DNA from: Lingula anatina
Taxonomy: Eukaryota; Animalia; Brachiopoda
NCBI GenBank assembly: GCA_051362555.1
Contig: CM120640.1
Coordinates: forward strand, 52,864,788 to 52,928,787
Direction of reading: 5' to 3'
DNA length: 64,000 bases
The first letter of the stretch is position 1. Each line of letters opens with the position of its first letter. The position numbers and the translations under genes were made by a program. Under the pieces are notes generated by a model. The model was not told where the DNA came from. It made no database searches and saw only the letters and a program-made list of their open reading frames with translations. Positions 14,672 to 29,297 of this stretch are shown in pieces.

Positions 14672-17600
14672 ATGACGACGTCACAAACAGCGTGGTCAAT
14701 CGTGCTCCGATTATTTTTACTACTAACTGTAGCCTCTCTACTCATACCATCCGCCCGAGGATACGTTCTGCCAAATTTAGACACAGTCCCAGAGGAATCG
14801 ATGCTTCCGGAGGTTCAAGACAGTGACTACAAAGCCAACAGAGTAGCCGACAAAATAGTACAAGTTTTATTAGAATCCAGAAAGGTCCACCACAGGGTTA
14901 AAAGACCGAGTAAGCACCATTCCCCTTCATCTCGTTATCAATTTAAACCGAGTAAGTACCCCTCCCTGTTAACCAGTTACTAACCTGGTGTGTGGTATCA
15001 CTGATCATTTACTGCGGCAACCACTTCCTAGAGTCGTCAGCAGCAAATTGAATATTTCACGTGTTATTGTTGAAATTGTTTTTTTTTCTTTATAGAACGA
15101 TGCTCAGCAGTTGACTTCGTTCAAATCTGCGCTAAAATTATATTGACAAGGTTAGCATCGATGCATTATTGTCAGCTTGTGTCTGCCTACATGTGACAAA
15201 AGTTGAGAACAATCATCGTTTCTTTTTTATTCAAAGAAAAAAGTAATGCAATTTTCAGATGCCTTGCTGACAGTAAATCATTTGTGATGAGGATTGTTTA
15301 TAATCCTACTTATCATACCTTTTATCCTTCCTCCTTCTTTCCATCCATGCCTCCTTACAGTAGCTTTCAACAGTAAAAGAATTTTTATTTTCAAAGCAAA
15401 TCTAATATTTTTTATGGTACACAATCTAATTATATAACATATTAAGTGTGTGTTTAATTGTATGACGTATTTAATCCATCCACCCGTGTGCTTGTGGTAT
15501 TGTATCCTCCATTTTTCGTTTTTATATTAATCTTGTTTCATTTTTCGTTATACTATATTGGATGTTTACGGTGAAATGCAAATTCTATAACAAACCCCTA
15601 CATTTATGGTACTTATAACATTTACCCCGTACGCATAATAACCTTGGACTTTAACATAAATTATGGAAACATGAAAATGAAAATAGCAGGTCAAGCTGGC
15701 AAATGAACTTGTCAAGTTTGCCCGTATGATAATTATAACTTAATGAGCGTAATACGTGTGGATATAATGGCAATGAAATATACGTTAATTATACGCCTAT
15801 TCGTTACTAAGCGTCTAAGTGCATAGAACGTACTGACACTGGGGCTCGCATGTCAGTGATGTCCGAGTACGTGATTGTCTAAACCGTATAAGTTGACCTT
15901 AGCGGTGACATCCGAGAACATGGTACAGAAAGGCACTAACTATGGTGTCACCCCCGTGTCCTCTTCATGTCGGACACGGATCTCTGATATCAGCACATAA
16001 CTAAAGCACCTGGCAATGTGGTATTCAATACCCCTGCATCATTTTGTCACTCTTATTGTCCTTAATTTCTTTTCATAAACCAACGTAGTCTGAATGGGTG
16101 CAGACCGTGGCTTGCACCTAGTCTTGCTTTGGCTTGCGGTCCACCCCCGACCACGTCCTGACTCCGGAACTGAGTAGATATTGTGCAACAATGTCGCCGA
16201 TTCTTGTTTACTCTCCATGAAAAATTGTGTTTTGGCTATTTCTGTTAATTTGTTCTTAACTTCGCGTTCAAATGCCATTCACATTCAGCCTATTGACATA
16301 ATCGATTGCCTTCCGGTTATATCTCGCTTTTGGAGACTTGTTCCTTCATACGGAATGATATATCACTTTGTAATTATAGACAACCGTGTACATAAGTTGC
16401 AATACAAAATGTCATGACATACTCATTGTGTGCAAAATTTATTAGCCTTTCTTTTATCCATTCAAAGTCATTGAGAAGATCCTGTAAAACACAACTGTAC
16501 AAAGAAACGCCTTTTTTTATAAGTCGATTGGTAACTATTCTTGCCGGTAGCGTTGCTTTATGTCTTTTATCGTCATTTGCCTTGAAGGGTCTCTATCGTT
16601 TATCATGACAACAATGTTTTTTAAGAAAACAATGTCGAAGGTTTGGAACTTGACTTAAAAGGGAGGCGTCTCTTGTGTTAAATAATACTTGTGAAGATTA
16701 GGTCATAACCTGATCACGACAAAGTATGCCTTTGAAACTCTAAAGGCCATAAAGTATCTTGATCTTATACAGTACCCTAGTATACTCTTTATGAATCAGA
16801 TTGATCTCCACGCTCATTTAAAGAAGCCAATTGGGAACAGTGTAAACGATTTTCTTTGAGTAAGCTATTAAATTTCAAAAATAACATACCTAAGCCGTAA
16901 CAAACCAGTGAGCATGTTTTCGTCGATACTTAATTAACTCCGACTTTTGCGTAGAATTGTTCTAACTTATCGATCCAAAGTTTCAAATTTTGTTTACTTA
17001 TCTATTAACACTTTATTCTCGGGCGCTATAGCTAATTTACGCTAGATTACCTCTTCGTTAACTATTACGAATTTCAAAGGAGCACCTTTTCCATAGATGT
17101 GTTTTCTTCGCTTACTAATTAGTTTCCTTCCTTGTGTGTTATGGGTGTCCTAGTACGTTGCCTTTGCAGTTGCATGTTTCCAATAGTGTTTATTGGTTTA
17201 AGGCTGACATATAGATATTTTTGGTGACTTTTAACTCCAGTAACCGACCCACCTGTCCCCCCATTGTGTCTTGCTCAAAGATTCTCACCTTCCGTGCTCT
17301 TAATGAAATATAAGACGTTTGAGAAGTCGATACTGTGTCATTAGGAACATATAGTGAACGCCATTGCGAGTAGGTTGTCATTAAGTAGACTTAATTATAA
17401 AAGACGCAAATCTTTGAAGTGTATTCAAAGGATTGTGCAGGATTTGAACACACTTCTTTGAACTGCAATACTTTTTTAGACTTGCAAAAGTTCTTTACTG
17501 GAAGGTCAGATTTTTTTCTAAAACTTAACGTGTACTTGTTGGTTTTTCATTTAATCTCACAGTTTATGTTCACTTAAGTGTGACGTCACAGTGGTCAGAT

Positions 17601-17847
17601 GATCAATATGAGCCAATCATAGCCTTCCATTTATGAACTTTATTCACAACGCACGTGTCTGAGAAATTTTCTGAATTTGCTTATTTCTTGATGTTTTATA
17701 GGTATAGCCGGACTTGACAACATCGATGTTGCTATAAGTACTTTAGAAAGAGCTAGAGGAAGTCGGCATCGTGAACCCGTGCTTGCTCTGGGAGGTATGA
17801 GTTTTGCAGATTTCAGGAAACTTTTTGAAAGCGGAAAACGAAGATAA
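14672..17847 (+). CDS. Secreted neuropeptide precursor, CRH/DH44 (ELH)-like; 127 aa; coding exons 14672-14909 and 17702-17847
   Basis: Exon 1 encodes a hydrophobic signal peptide (MTTSQTAWSIVLRLFLLLTVASLLIPSARG), an acidic pro-region and an RVKR site. A phase-1 GT-AG intron joins it in frame to give RVKR-PSIAGLDNIDVAISTLERARGSRHREPVLALGGMSFADFRKLFES-GKRR-stop, a 45-aa peptide with an amidation signal. Its N-terminus PSIxxxxxIDV parallels insect DH44 PSLSIVNPLDV. The family call is by eye. Confidence 0.75.
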
Positions 17848-20800
17848 CATAGACTTCCGGACGATGCGAATTGGGTTCGTCTTCTAACCTTACTTCGCGG
17901 ATGATATAAAAGAGACTGGTTGGAGAGTAATTTATTTTCGTACCATATTTTATCAGTGAGACCCTCAGATAAAGTATTTGTATATTTTGCTCTTTCACTA
18001 TATTTATTAAGTTATTCACTTTATGTAAGCACAATTGAACCCAAGACATGTAATATCTCAATATTATATAGACGATGGCGCAGTATGCCATTGTGAGAAA
18101 CATTCCTGCAGTTTTGAACAATTTTTCGTATCATATCAACGCCAGCATGTATGCCGTATGCGCACGTCCAGGAACACCTACATTTAGAAGAAGAGGCCCA
18201 CCTCTCCTACATCCTGCTGCACCCGACAGTTTCTCATAGGAAACAAACTGACACTTATCTCTTTACTGAAAGGTTCAATTGTTTAATGTGAAAGTCCCAT
18301 GATTTGACAAATACTGAACAGATCAAGATTCAAGCGCAATTAGTTGAACCAAATCCCAAAGGAGAAATGACTCTGGTATAGCAAAAACCAAAGAATAGCT
18401 ATTCCGAATGCTTGACTCGGTCAAACCGATACAATAGTGCTTGCACAAGTATGCTAAGTACTTTTACCACTTGCTGGTCATGAACTGATCTACCCAAAGA
18501 TACTTAAGTCGAGCTTTAGTTCATGTTTTAGTTTGTTTTGCGTTTTATTTATAGTAGGCTAAGCCTTATTGTGTCATATTGAGGAGTAAAGGTACTCCAA
18601 ATTTCAGTCCCAGTTTTAGATGAAGCCAGGGTTGCCTGAGCATTGTTATGTACAAAACGTTTGTATATATAAGATGTGCATTGAAAATATAGAAAGATAC
18701 TAATATTACCATTTTATTCCTGTGTTGTTCTTTTGTGAAATGAATCGAAGGTCGTTACTGGCGTTCTTACACTGTATAGAGAACTGGTTAGTGAAACATG
18801 TTGATCTACTTTTCTATTACTACGAGTATCAAATGGTTATGTATATAAAATATGGTAATGTTTTATCGCGCAAAAAATTGTTCTGGAAAACACTTTCCAT
18901 AAAAAAAAAACACAGTTGCACTACCTAGCAGCTGCTTTGATCAGCCAATATTGAAAAGGCAACATAAAAAGTGTACCCGGAAACAAACTACATGTAGATT
19001 TTAAAGTGTCTGAGCAAACGCTACTAAAACGTGTACGTTTGCCAACAGACCGTTCTCAAGAGAATTTGCAAGCTCTTTCAAATTCCAAGAAGTGAATGAC
19101 TCGCCTTTCAAGGCGGTGCAGACACATTAAACAGTGAGTGACTCGGAAAAGTGATGTTATGGTTACTTACGCATGTTCATTTAGTTTTAGGTCACAGAGA
19201 AACGCAATGTTTGTTTAAACAGTCTCTGGGGTTGATTTTACAATGAAAAATACAACGAGGGAGACCTGAGTCTAACTTACCACTGAGAAAACCCACGGGT
19301 TTCCTGAATACAAACCAATTTATTCAATACACACTGAATATTCTTAATCTGACCTATAGGGCGATCAAACTACGTATATTTTTGCTGTGTAAGAAGAACG
19401 CCTAAACGACTGAAATTGACCCGCCGCCCAGTAGCATTTAAATTTCACCGAGGTATCATGTTTTGGCGATACCAAAAGAGAAAAAGTAGACTCAAAACAC
19501 TTGAGTGCTTTAAAATATTACTCATACCTACGTGTAGTATGAAACATTATCATGTTAAACTAGGGTGTTACCATGTACATAAAACACAAAAGAAGAGCAA
19601 AACCAGACTACTAAACTCTCGACCACCTCAGAGAATTACTCATATCAACATGTTATTGCGCTGGGATATTTTGTTTGAGTGCCAATATTTAACAAAAGTA
19701 GATTACCAAACACTTGACAATCACAATGTGAGAAAAGTGCCTTTACTTTGCTTCAATCAGAATCAGTCAATTTATTCGTTAAAATTGGGCATCCTGTGAT
19801 CTATGCACGGCAGTAGAGTCTCACTGTGCTTTGTGAGTCACCAATGGAAATTGTGAAAATCGGCCAGTGAGTAAGTGTTACAATGCCTTACAATTTGAAT
19901 CAAAAATATCCGTCTGGTTCTCTGTGAGCACGCGTTTGAAATCATCATTCTGCTTGAGTCAGCTTCAAAATTTTACAAACCGTTCATCCCACTGGGTTTC
20001 TCGACTACACAATTATATTCAACAAGTTCAGTTACGATGGTCAATTGATATCAGCCAAAAAGCTATAATAGGAAATGATCACGACGCCCAAATGTGACGA
20101 TTCACCGTTATGTTTCTTTAACAACATGAGAAAATTAAACTTAGTGCCGAGAGGATGTATGATTATAGTCCTCAAAATAACACCATTTATTTTGCGTATT
20201 CTAACTTAAATTCGTGCAAAGATATGCATATCTTAGGAGACCATTTGGCCTTGACGGTTAGATACTGCACATCACGCCCATAATCTACAAGTACGTTAAC
20301 CCGTGTTACTATTGTGTGCGCTATAAACCCACTGATGAAACTGATTAAAGCAATCTAATAGCTTAGGATTAAAAAAAGGACCGCTGTCTGGAGACACTGA
20401 ATTGAAAATGAACTACAAAAATATATGGCTATAAGTTCTAAAAATGAATCACAAGGGTGAACGCTTTTATAACGTACAGGTCGTAGCTGTGCCCACTCGC
20501 ACAAGTGAGCACACTTATAAAATTGAAATTATCAATTCAACTGTTAGTGCATTGTATCAAGATATTAAGGACAAATCCATTATGCTGCAGCAAGCAATTG
20601 TACTGCATCTTATCTGGACTTTATTATAATAAGATAATCTCTTAGATGAACTAGGTAATGACCAGACCGGTGTTGTCTTCATTAAGCCCACTCGTCAAAG
20701 GCCAGTCTAATCATACATAGTATATATGATATAATGTAGAACGCAGTTTGTAATTAAAGAAATACCCGTTTAAGTTTCTACTAGTACACCTTCCACGATT

Positions 20801-21725
20801 ACTAGATAGTAATTAGTTTCATTGTAAATAACAGTCTTCACTCACACATGTACAAGGGGACACACTCTAAAGAAAATTGAAATGATCTGGGACCTTTTAT
20901 ACTTTTGTGGTCGGTCCTGAATGCTTTAAGTATTTTTCAGAAAATTTCTAAGGTCCAAGAGCAATGTGGTCATTGAAAACCCATTTTGCTGTTATAAATA
21001 TTTGACGTTCTGCGAATACGTGATGTCGCTTCAACTAGGCGACCTTGACATTAAGTTGACCTTAATTATAACGACCTCCGTGCCCATAGGCATTAGGCTA
21101 ATGGATTTATCTCCAGAGCAGATATGTATTTTCACCTCTTACCTCAACATTAAAAGTGAATAATAATTTAATTCCTTCAAAGGATTTTGAAATGAAATAA
21201 AACTCCGTAAATGGTCATAATATGGCTAACTGTTCGACAGTCAATAATTGCATCTTATCAAACAAACAAGTACAGTGTACTTGGAGAAGTATTTTTTCTG
21301 GTTTTTATCCACTATGTGCTTTTCCCGTATTAGTCTAGCATAACTATATATTTACTACTGTACACTGATTGCTAAGTAGTAGTGGGCAAGGCAAGGGTAT
21401 GTGCATTTTAGGGTCCTCCTCAGACCATTGCCTTATCCGCATCAATCTTATATATGTTTGGTTAAGTGTCAAAAAAGGGTAACCAATTAACTAGGTATCA
21501 TTAAGCTACTCTCTTCGTAAACAGTCCGATAAGCACAGAACCAAATACTGTTTAACAAAACATATTACAAAACTGTTTATCATAGTTTCTTATCCTACAT
21601 GAGATTCTAAAGACGGGTCAGACTTTATATATTTTTTGTGCATCAAAACTGAAATAAAGTGTTCTTATTTTGCAATTAACACTTGACGTGAGGCGTGTTA
21701 AATCTCTTTTCTCCGCGAGGATAAC

Positions 21726-21807
21726 CAGGCCTACCCAACTACCAGACTCGGCACCGAAAGATTCTGAATTCACCGGTATATCGGACCACACTAACCGTTT
21801 TCAAGGT
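21726..21807 (+). mobile_element. Solo terminal fragment of the MITE family seen intact at 40989-41542
   Basis: caggcctacccaactaccagactcggcacc...accggtatatcggaccacactaaccgttttcaaggt matches the TIR of the 41 kb element. Confidence 0.75.
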
Positions 21808-22118
21808 TTGACTATACTAGGAGTCGTTTATCAGCAACATTGAAGGGCTACCTGAAATGTAACTAGTCGGCTTAAATTCGTAAATGTAAATTGGAACAAT
21901 GCTAATCTATGATATCAAACATCAAAATTATTGAAAATTATTGAATGACCTTTAACACCCTTTTCTCTGATTTAGCTTTATTCGTACTATGGATGGTGTC
22001 ATTGAAAATGCAGTAGATAAGCGGAGCCATATATGCTAATACCGAATGCTTTTGGCGGTGCCAAGTCTGTCGCCTCTATCAAATCCTCCAATATACGGCC
22101 ATAGAAACGGTCTTGAAA

Positions 22119-22554
22119 TCCCCCTTTACACTGGACGGCGTCCTTTCTATTTGTATGGCCATGAAACTGACATCGCTGTGGTCGTAGAAAGGAGGCACAA
22201 GCATCGCTTTGGTTGCAGGATGAATGCTCAATGATCGGTCAGTTGTCGGCACGTAAAGTATTATTTTGGCCATTGTTTTGCTCTTTGCCAACATTTTGCT
22301 CCTTTGTATGGGGGATGTATGTCTGATCATTTAATTTGATTTTGTTACTATCCCCCGTCTTGTAACTTCATATGATATTACATTTCGTCATATTAATAAA
22401 TGGCAACTTTCAGTCATATTTCTTATTTAATTTTGAACAAAAACCTAGCTCCGTTTCACTTGTGAACATTTAGCTACATAAATCATTATTTCTTACTCAC
22501 AAACGGGGTCGTACTACGGGACGCAGAAAGGATGCCGTCCAGTGTAAAGGGGGC
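22119..22554. mobile_element. Degenerate MITE of about 435 bp with about 30-bp TIRs (Harbinger-like ends)
   Basis: ccccctttacactggacggcgtcctttct (about 22120) is inverted relative to agaaaggatgccgtccagtgtaaaggggg (about 22525-22553). The right flank is TTAA. Confidence 0.6.
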
Positions 22555-24315
22555 TTAATCAGTTTCTCACGGCTAATGTTCAAACAATGGTTGGGTCTGT
22601 CTCCTGATATCCAAGAAAACATCTTGATCTTACGATCATTTTTTCAGTTTAACTGTCAATTTTAAAGATCATTAAAACACTGGAAACCATGATATCTTTA
22701 TTTATCATAAAGCATTAAAAGGTGCTTCTGTTTCGTGCTAGATTATATATCTTCCAATCAGCTGTATGCATACAGCCTATAATGGTGATACATTCTTAAT
22801 ATAGCTAATGTCTGTCAGACTTTATACCAACACGTTAAATTGCACTGGAGGAGAGTGAATGTGTAAAAGAGGAGGGTTAAAGAAATCGATCAGTCATTTT
22901 GGCGACATTTTGGGTAAATTTGTAAAGAAATCATATTGTAGTTATCACCAGAGTAGCGCATTTCCTACAATATTGCCAATTACATCTTATTGTACTAAAT
23001 TGTTCCGTTGATTCAAATGGCAATGTTGCGAAATTGTCTTCATTGTCACATGTATGTCACTCATTGAAAGTTTAAGCTTTCTCGTAACATCCAAACAGTA
23101 CTTTGTGGAACAGAAGGATCTTTACCCAGTATTGTTTGTTTCAAATGGTCCGGAAGGTTGTTGAAATTTTTAGAGTAAGAAAATTATCTTGTAACGTGTT
23201 TTTCGCCATTCAAATAATTTGACAGAACACTTTGATTCACATTGTTCTAGGGTTTTCTAGGGAATATAGCTTCGTTCTTGAAATTTCTTTTGTACTCAAG
23301 CCGAAAACGCATTAACCTTGGAGTGTTAAAGGTTTTTCCAAGATTATCCACAAAGCTTCTAAGACTTACAGTGGAAACCGGCCATTCTGTAAGCACATCT
23401 CATTTTATATTCATTACTTTTTCACGTGTGTCAACACGCGAAAGTACTGTCAAGGAAACTTTCATTATTCAACTTTGCTTGACTTTTTTTGCATAACTTC
23501 AATATTTTTCAATGGCGATCGATGAAAACGGACTTTTATAAAATTGGCCAATCAGCCGCACGCTCGGCTGTTGCTTTGATGTGTTGACGTTTCTAAATAC
23601 CACAAAAACATTGACAGTGTTTGAATTGCCGAGTTTTGCGACATCAAGTTGGACAATAAGTTCAGTTTACAGGTGCCTCGATGTTCCTTTCACAAATACA
23701 TGTATAGATGTATCAAGACAAACACAGTATGCGATTACTTCATCCCAATTGCTTTTCATTTCAGTCTTTTCAAATTTGACATATTCTCCGTTACAAGGCT
23801 ATGCTTTCATAAGTATTTCAGAAGTTGCATGTAACACGTAAGCAATATTTTTCATATGCGTGACGAGGCCTGTATCCTAATTTCCTTAATGATGTACATA
23901 TATGTGAAGCCTATGACATAACAGCTGTTTATCTCTATCTCTCAAAAGTACGTCATTTCTCAAAACTTATGGCAATTTCTTACTGGAGACTGTTCCTTCG
24001 TACAACAGCCTGGCGCTCCTCAGTATTACTGGAATAGCACCTAAACGCACTTCCGACGAACGTGCTTTTACGGCCATTTTTATGTCGTGAACACTAATGT
24101 GAACTTCCTTCTTTGACCAATACAATTTGATTTAATATCCACGATGTGCTTGCCACATGTTTCTTAGAAACCTTATTAACCAGTATCTGACACAGGAATT
24201 GCAGAAGGGGTGCAGGGGAAGATGATTCGTTAGATGACCGTTTTGCCATTGCATTGACGTCAATACTTCATAAAAGTTAGGCCCCCACAGTTCAAGCATT
24301 CAAGTCCATTCTCAC

Positions 24316-24319
<4 letters not shown>

Positions 24320-24353
<34 letters not shown>
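24320..24353. repeat. (GA)n microsatellite
   Basis: Uninterrupted dinucleotide run. Confidence 0.9.
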
Positions 24354-24357
<4 letters not shown>

Positions 24358-27300
24358 GGGGGGAGGATTTGTCCCAATATGAAATTGTAAAAAGTGACTG
24401 AGTCAGATCCTTCAAATTGGGCCATTAAAAAGCTTTAAAATACCGCCAACAAACTCTTTGTATAGATTAAACTTAAAGAGATATTTTAGATTGCCTCCAA
24501 ATGAAAATTTATCCGAAAAATAGTAGGTTGTCTTAGATAAATTTACTTGTCTGGTTTAGGCTCCTAAGCGTGAATAAAAAAGGAAATGTCAAAAGAATTA
24601 ACTCCATTACCGTTATTTCAATTTCATTCTTAGAGGAATTTCCCAACAGACCTTTTCCGCTTTCACGACGGAGTTTTAAACTATACTTTAGAAAATCCAG
24701 CATGCCTGCAAGGGCACATACAGATATTAAACTCCAGCATAAAATCACAAGAGATTAAATTATTTAAGAAACATGATAAGAGAGTGAAAAAAGACTGGAT
24801 TAGGACGTGATTTAAGGTAATACAGATCACTGCACACCTATTAATACCCCTTGGGTTCCCGGCACAGACACGGAGCAGATGCTCAATAGTTCTTAAAAGA
24901 TGTAGCTTCTCCCAAAGGATTGTCAATAAAATCAAACGAAATGCAATTGAATTCTCAAGAGTTTTTAATCGTTTTCTAAAATAACCGTATTCTTCGGTGC
25001 ATAAACATGTTAAAATCTACTTTGTGATGACTTAATAATGATATTATATCCGGTTTATGCTATTTGTTTCGTCTGCGTCACCAGAATCGTGCCTATCAGT
25101 CTCGGACAAAATTTCCGTTTCTATTCTTATTCGTTAAAAATGTATGAAGTATTGATCTGTTCAGCATTTTTTGGGTTGCGTTGAAAAGCATTCAGGTAGA
25201 TTCCATTTAATTTCATTTCTCTCGTACTACAAGGGGAAGTTGTACTAATAAATGCATCTGCCAGCGGTATTGAAATGTATATGTACCGATCGAATTACTT
25301 CATGATAGTCTATTAACCCAATCAGTTTAGTTCACGCAGAGTCCATTAGTCGGTATATTGGCACAAACAGGTGGGTTTTGCAAACTTTTGCTTATGGATT
25401 TATCTAAACATAATGACTAATGAATCGATGCTCAGGTGCGCTAGTCATTAACATACTGTCCCCTGTTACGTCGATTAGTGTTTCATTGGTTTGTATAAAT
25501 CTGACAGGCGACACTAGTGATCTACTGGTAACGTGATTGTGCAGCAGACGACAAGTCAATAAGTGAACTTTTGCGCAAAGGATTCCGCTTTCAGATAAAT
25601 TGGTATGTATTTTTCGTATATTTGACTTTAGAAAAGGACGAATCGGTAACTTTTGTTAATTTGTATCAATCAAATAGGCTTCATACAAAAAGGTATGTCC
25701 ACTGTTTTCTGTATGAATACCATTAGTTGAGAATAGGTGTTATTAAAATAACATTTCCTATCATAAAGCTAGATTTATATAATAATTATTCAAAGAATAA
25801 CATGACTTTAACATTCCTTCTGCCTTTGGGTGCTAGGGTGTTCATCTGACACAACTTCAAGGCAAAAATAATTCAGTTAAGAAAGTTTGACAAGTTGTTT
25901 CTAATTCGTGTTACCTATAACAAATCTTGGCCAGTCACAGGTATTTCCATGTTTCGTTAGCTTAAAAAGCTATAACTGTATACATAACGGAGCCATAGAA
26001 AGATAGAAAACAGTATTCTACTGCCGAAGTCGTGACCGCATGGATTAAATGACCCAGTGCCAGATGATCTGATTTGATTATTTAACGATGCCTTCTTAGC
26101 GTGATCATTTGCAGATGGTATCAGATATGGGTAGTCAAACGAGAACCCATTAGACAACTTCAGAATCACGCAAGACAAGACGGTAATCTCAGTTGATAAG
26201 ATATGTATTCTCCTAACTCAAGGTCTGCTATAGATTTCTGGCGTCTGTCAAGTCTCTTTTGTTTTGTGTGTATTTTATTTATTTACATAGCGTGCTGGTG
26301 AAAGGTACATAGACGTATTTAGATTCATCATTAGCAACTGAACTCGTACATCTACTGACAATGTGCATATAAAGTATAAGGAGTATGTGTCACATACATT
26401 AAGACAGGAAAATACTTAAAACAGCGTTTAGAAATTTTGAAAAACTCGATTTTACCAAGTGTAGTTACAAAGTTATTGACGCATACTTGCGAATTGTCAA
26501 GTAATTTCGCTTCGCACATAAATCAATCAATTCTTTAATACCTTTTAAGGTGGACTGTTTTTTTTTTTTTTTTTTTTGGGGGGGGGCTGCTTGTTTGTTT
26601 ACCATGTTTCAAATCGCAGAGCTGTTTGACTTCCAATGCTCTGTGTTTGTTTCAAATGACAGAAAAATGCTCAAAATTAATCAAACGTTTATATAATACA
26701 AGTTACCTACAGTGTATCAATGTAAAGTGATTATGAGTTACTAAGCTTTAATATCATAGGGCGATATGTATAATAAACCCCATGGATTTTCTTAATTAAC
26801 GCCCGCGCCTTTAATAAACGGTGTGAAAATAAGTCACCTCAGTGCAGGAGTGAATCTCCAGAGACGCTTCCTGTAAACATGCCCTGCAATAAGAAAAAGG
26901 AGAGACATTTTGAAACTGCGTATTCTGTCGATGTCATTTATCGATAGTTTCTAGATCTACTAAAATCATAAAATAAATGCGTGGGTAGGTCTGGTTTTGG
27001 TGGAAAGGAATCAAACGATGATCTGTAAGTCATTGACACGGAAAGTAGCATTATCAGTAAATTATAGAAAAGCATTATAGAGAAGCAATTAATGGACAAA
27101 TGGTTACACGACAAGGAAATGATCCAATTACTAGTATAAAAGCACATGAACTTGCAAAGAAGAGAAGTAAATAGTATGACCATAGTCTGTGGAATGTGTA
27201 CTGAGTGCACTTATGAGAAGGGGAATTCGTGCAACCATAACACTACCATTTATCTTGTGTAATAACAAGATATTTTTCGAAAAAAAAAATGTAGAAAAAT

Positions 27301-29234
27301 GATAAACTCGAAGTAGGCCTATTGCATTTTGCATTTACATGCTGTCCTACATATAAGAACAATATAACATCAGCTACTGTAAAAGAGACCAACTATACCA
27401 ATCGTTTACATTTTTAATAACTCCTCGTGCATTTGCTTGCAACGGCTAGCATCTTTAAAAATATGGAAAATTTGGAGATCTCCCTTTTACTTGTTCATAA
27501 AGTAACTATGTTCCCGGTCTATGTCCAATCGAAATCACCCAAGATTGGCCAAAGTCTGGAAATCAAGCGAGATTTCGGGCGATTTGGAGGAGAGCGTGTC
27601 AGAAATTATGACTGGCCAGCAAGTGCGATGGGGTAACGAATAAAATCTGACATAATTGATCCAACAATACAGCCTATTGCATAACAGCATTGTTTTAAAA
27701 AAAGACATAGAGTTTCGCCCTTATTATTAAAAAGTGGTTGAAAAGTTTACCCCCCTTCTCGCGAGTTTTTGCACTTTTTCAAGTATCCTGTGACGCCACA
27801 CAGTGCAAGGGCTTCGCCTTGCCTATATGATTTCCAAAATGGACTCTGTCTTGTCAGAAAGAAACCAATTTCGACCTCACCGGGCGACGAGGCAGTTTGG
27901 GCACCATCCAATATTTATTTCATACAACGTTAAAACCATTTTACCCCAACTTTCCTTATCGATATATATAAACCAGACGCATCTTTTCGGGAAATAAAAA
28001 ATCAACAATGCATTATTTACAACGATGATGTTTTGGTATACTTTGCCATATTCGCAGAAATCTCCTGAGGCTCGAAATTGGAAAAGTAATTCATTTAGCA
28101 AGTAAATGGAAAGTGTCTCTATGAATCAATTCTATTTTTTGATATTTGAATAAAATTTTGATGAAAGACTTATAGATAAGGACGTGTGAGATGACAGACA
28201 AGAAAATACGTGAGAAACAAAAGAGACAGTGACGTTTCCTCTAATTGTCGATAACAAAATTTAAGTCATCATAAATCTTGTCAACTTTACTCATTTTCTT
28301 TTTACTGCTTGTAATATTCTAAAACTGAATGTTTGTGTGGTAAGAAGGTTCATGCTTTGAGCAGATTGCATTATTTCTTAAAAACATACCTCTCTCAACC
28401 TTTAATTGATATTCAAGATAGTCATATTTATGTGATTATTGCGGTTTCAATACACCAAAATGTGCAAAGGAAAAATGCACGAAACATTCCTGTTAGTCAT
28501 TTAAAGACAGAAATTATTTGTACCATGTATTTTAGGTACTTATTTCAAACCATATATTTGAAGACATAAATAAACTGAAATATAGTACAACTGAGCTTAC
28601 TAAAAGCTGAGCTAAGTATTACATTAAGTATTGTGGCCCGGCAAAGGGACGTGAAGGGCGTATTCTACCTTAAAAGAATCTGTGTTAAGAATTCTCTTAC
28701 TGCATTTTCTTACTGCAATTCTCTTACTTAATTTTATACTCCAATGTACATATGAAATATCTTTGATAAGAATAACAAAAATTCTATGGATTGCTTTAAA
28801 ACTACCTTTGATATCGCTTTAACTCTGGACCCTGACTAAGGTAGTTTCTGACATAAAAACAACTACTTTAACTAAGTGTTAAAGCTACAGCTTTCAGCTT
28901 GCGACGTCAATTCGGACCAATTTTCTCATTTATTACAATATATTTGGCGAAACTTTTAGAATGCACTATGACAAAGAATCATTTCGTTAAGTGCAAAAAC
29001 TAAACGAGAGATTTGAAACCTAGGGAATGGAAGGAAACCATTTCTGTGTTTGTTGCCAATGTACAGGAAGGCACCTGAATTTCTCTGCCCATCTCCAGTG
29101 ACACACTTAGCTATGCTTCACTGATCAAACCGTTAGATCATTCCTGGGTCTGGATATGGTTTTTCAATACAGTTATACTATCGGTGTTTATCCAACATGT
29201 ATGATGACCATGCTTATACTAGAGAAAACTGGAC

Positions 29235-29297
29235 TATAATATAATATAATATAATATAATATAATATAATATAATATAATATAATATAATATAATAT
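29235..29297. repeat. (TATAA)n pentanucleotide microsatellite
   Basis: About 12 tandem copies. Confidence 0.9.

Noticed and set aside
14952-14983. 3' tail of ORF 14672..14983 as a single-exon 103-aa protein
   Set aside because: It reads through two donor sites and ends with no peptide features. Splicing to 17702 gives a coherent amidated peptide.
17581-24262. Perfect CRE palindromes TGACGTCA at 17581 and 24255
   Set aside because: Two hits of an 8-mer in 64 kb is close to chance expectation, and neither is at a predicted promoter.
24533-24935. Overlapping short ORFs, one with a hydrophobic start
   Set aside because: The starts are non-ATG, there is no splice support and no motif was recognised.
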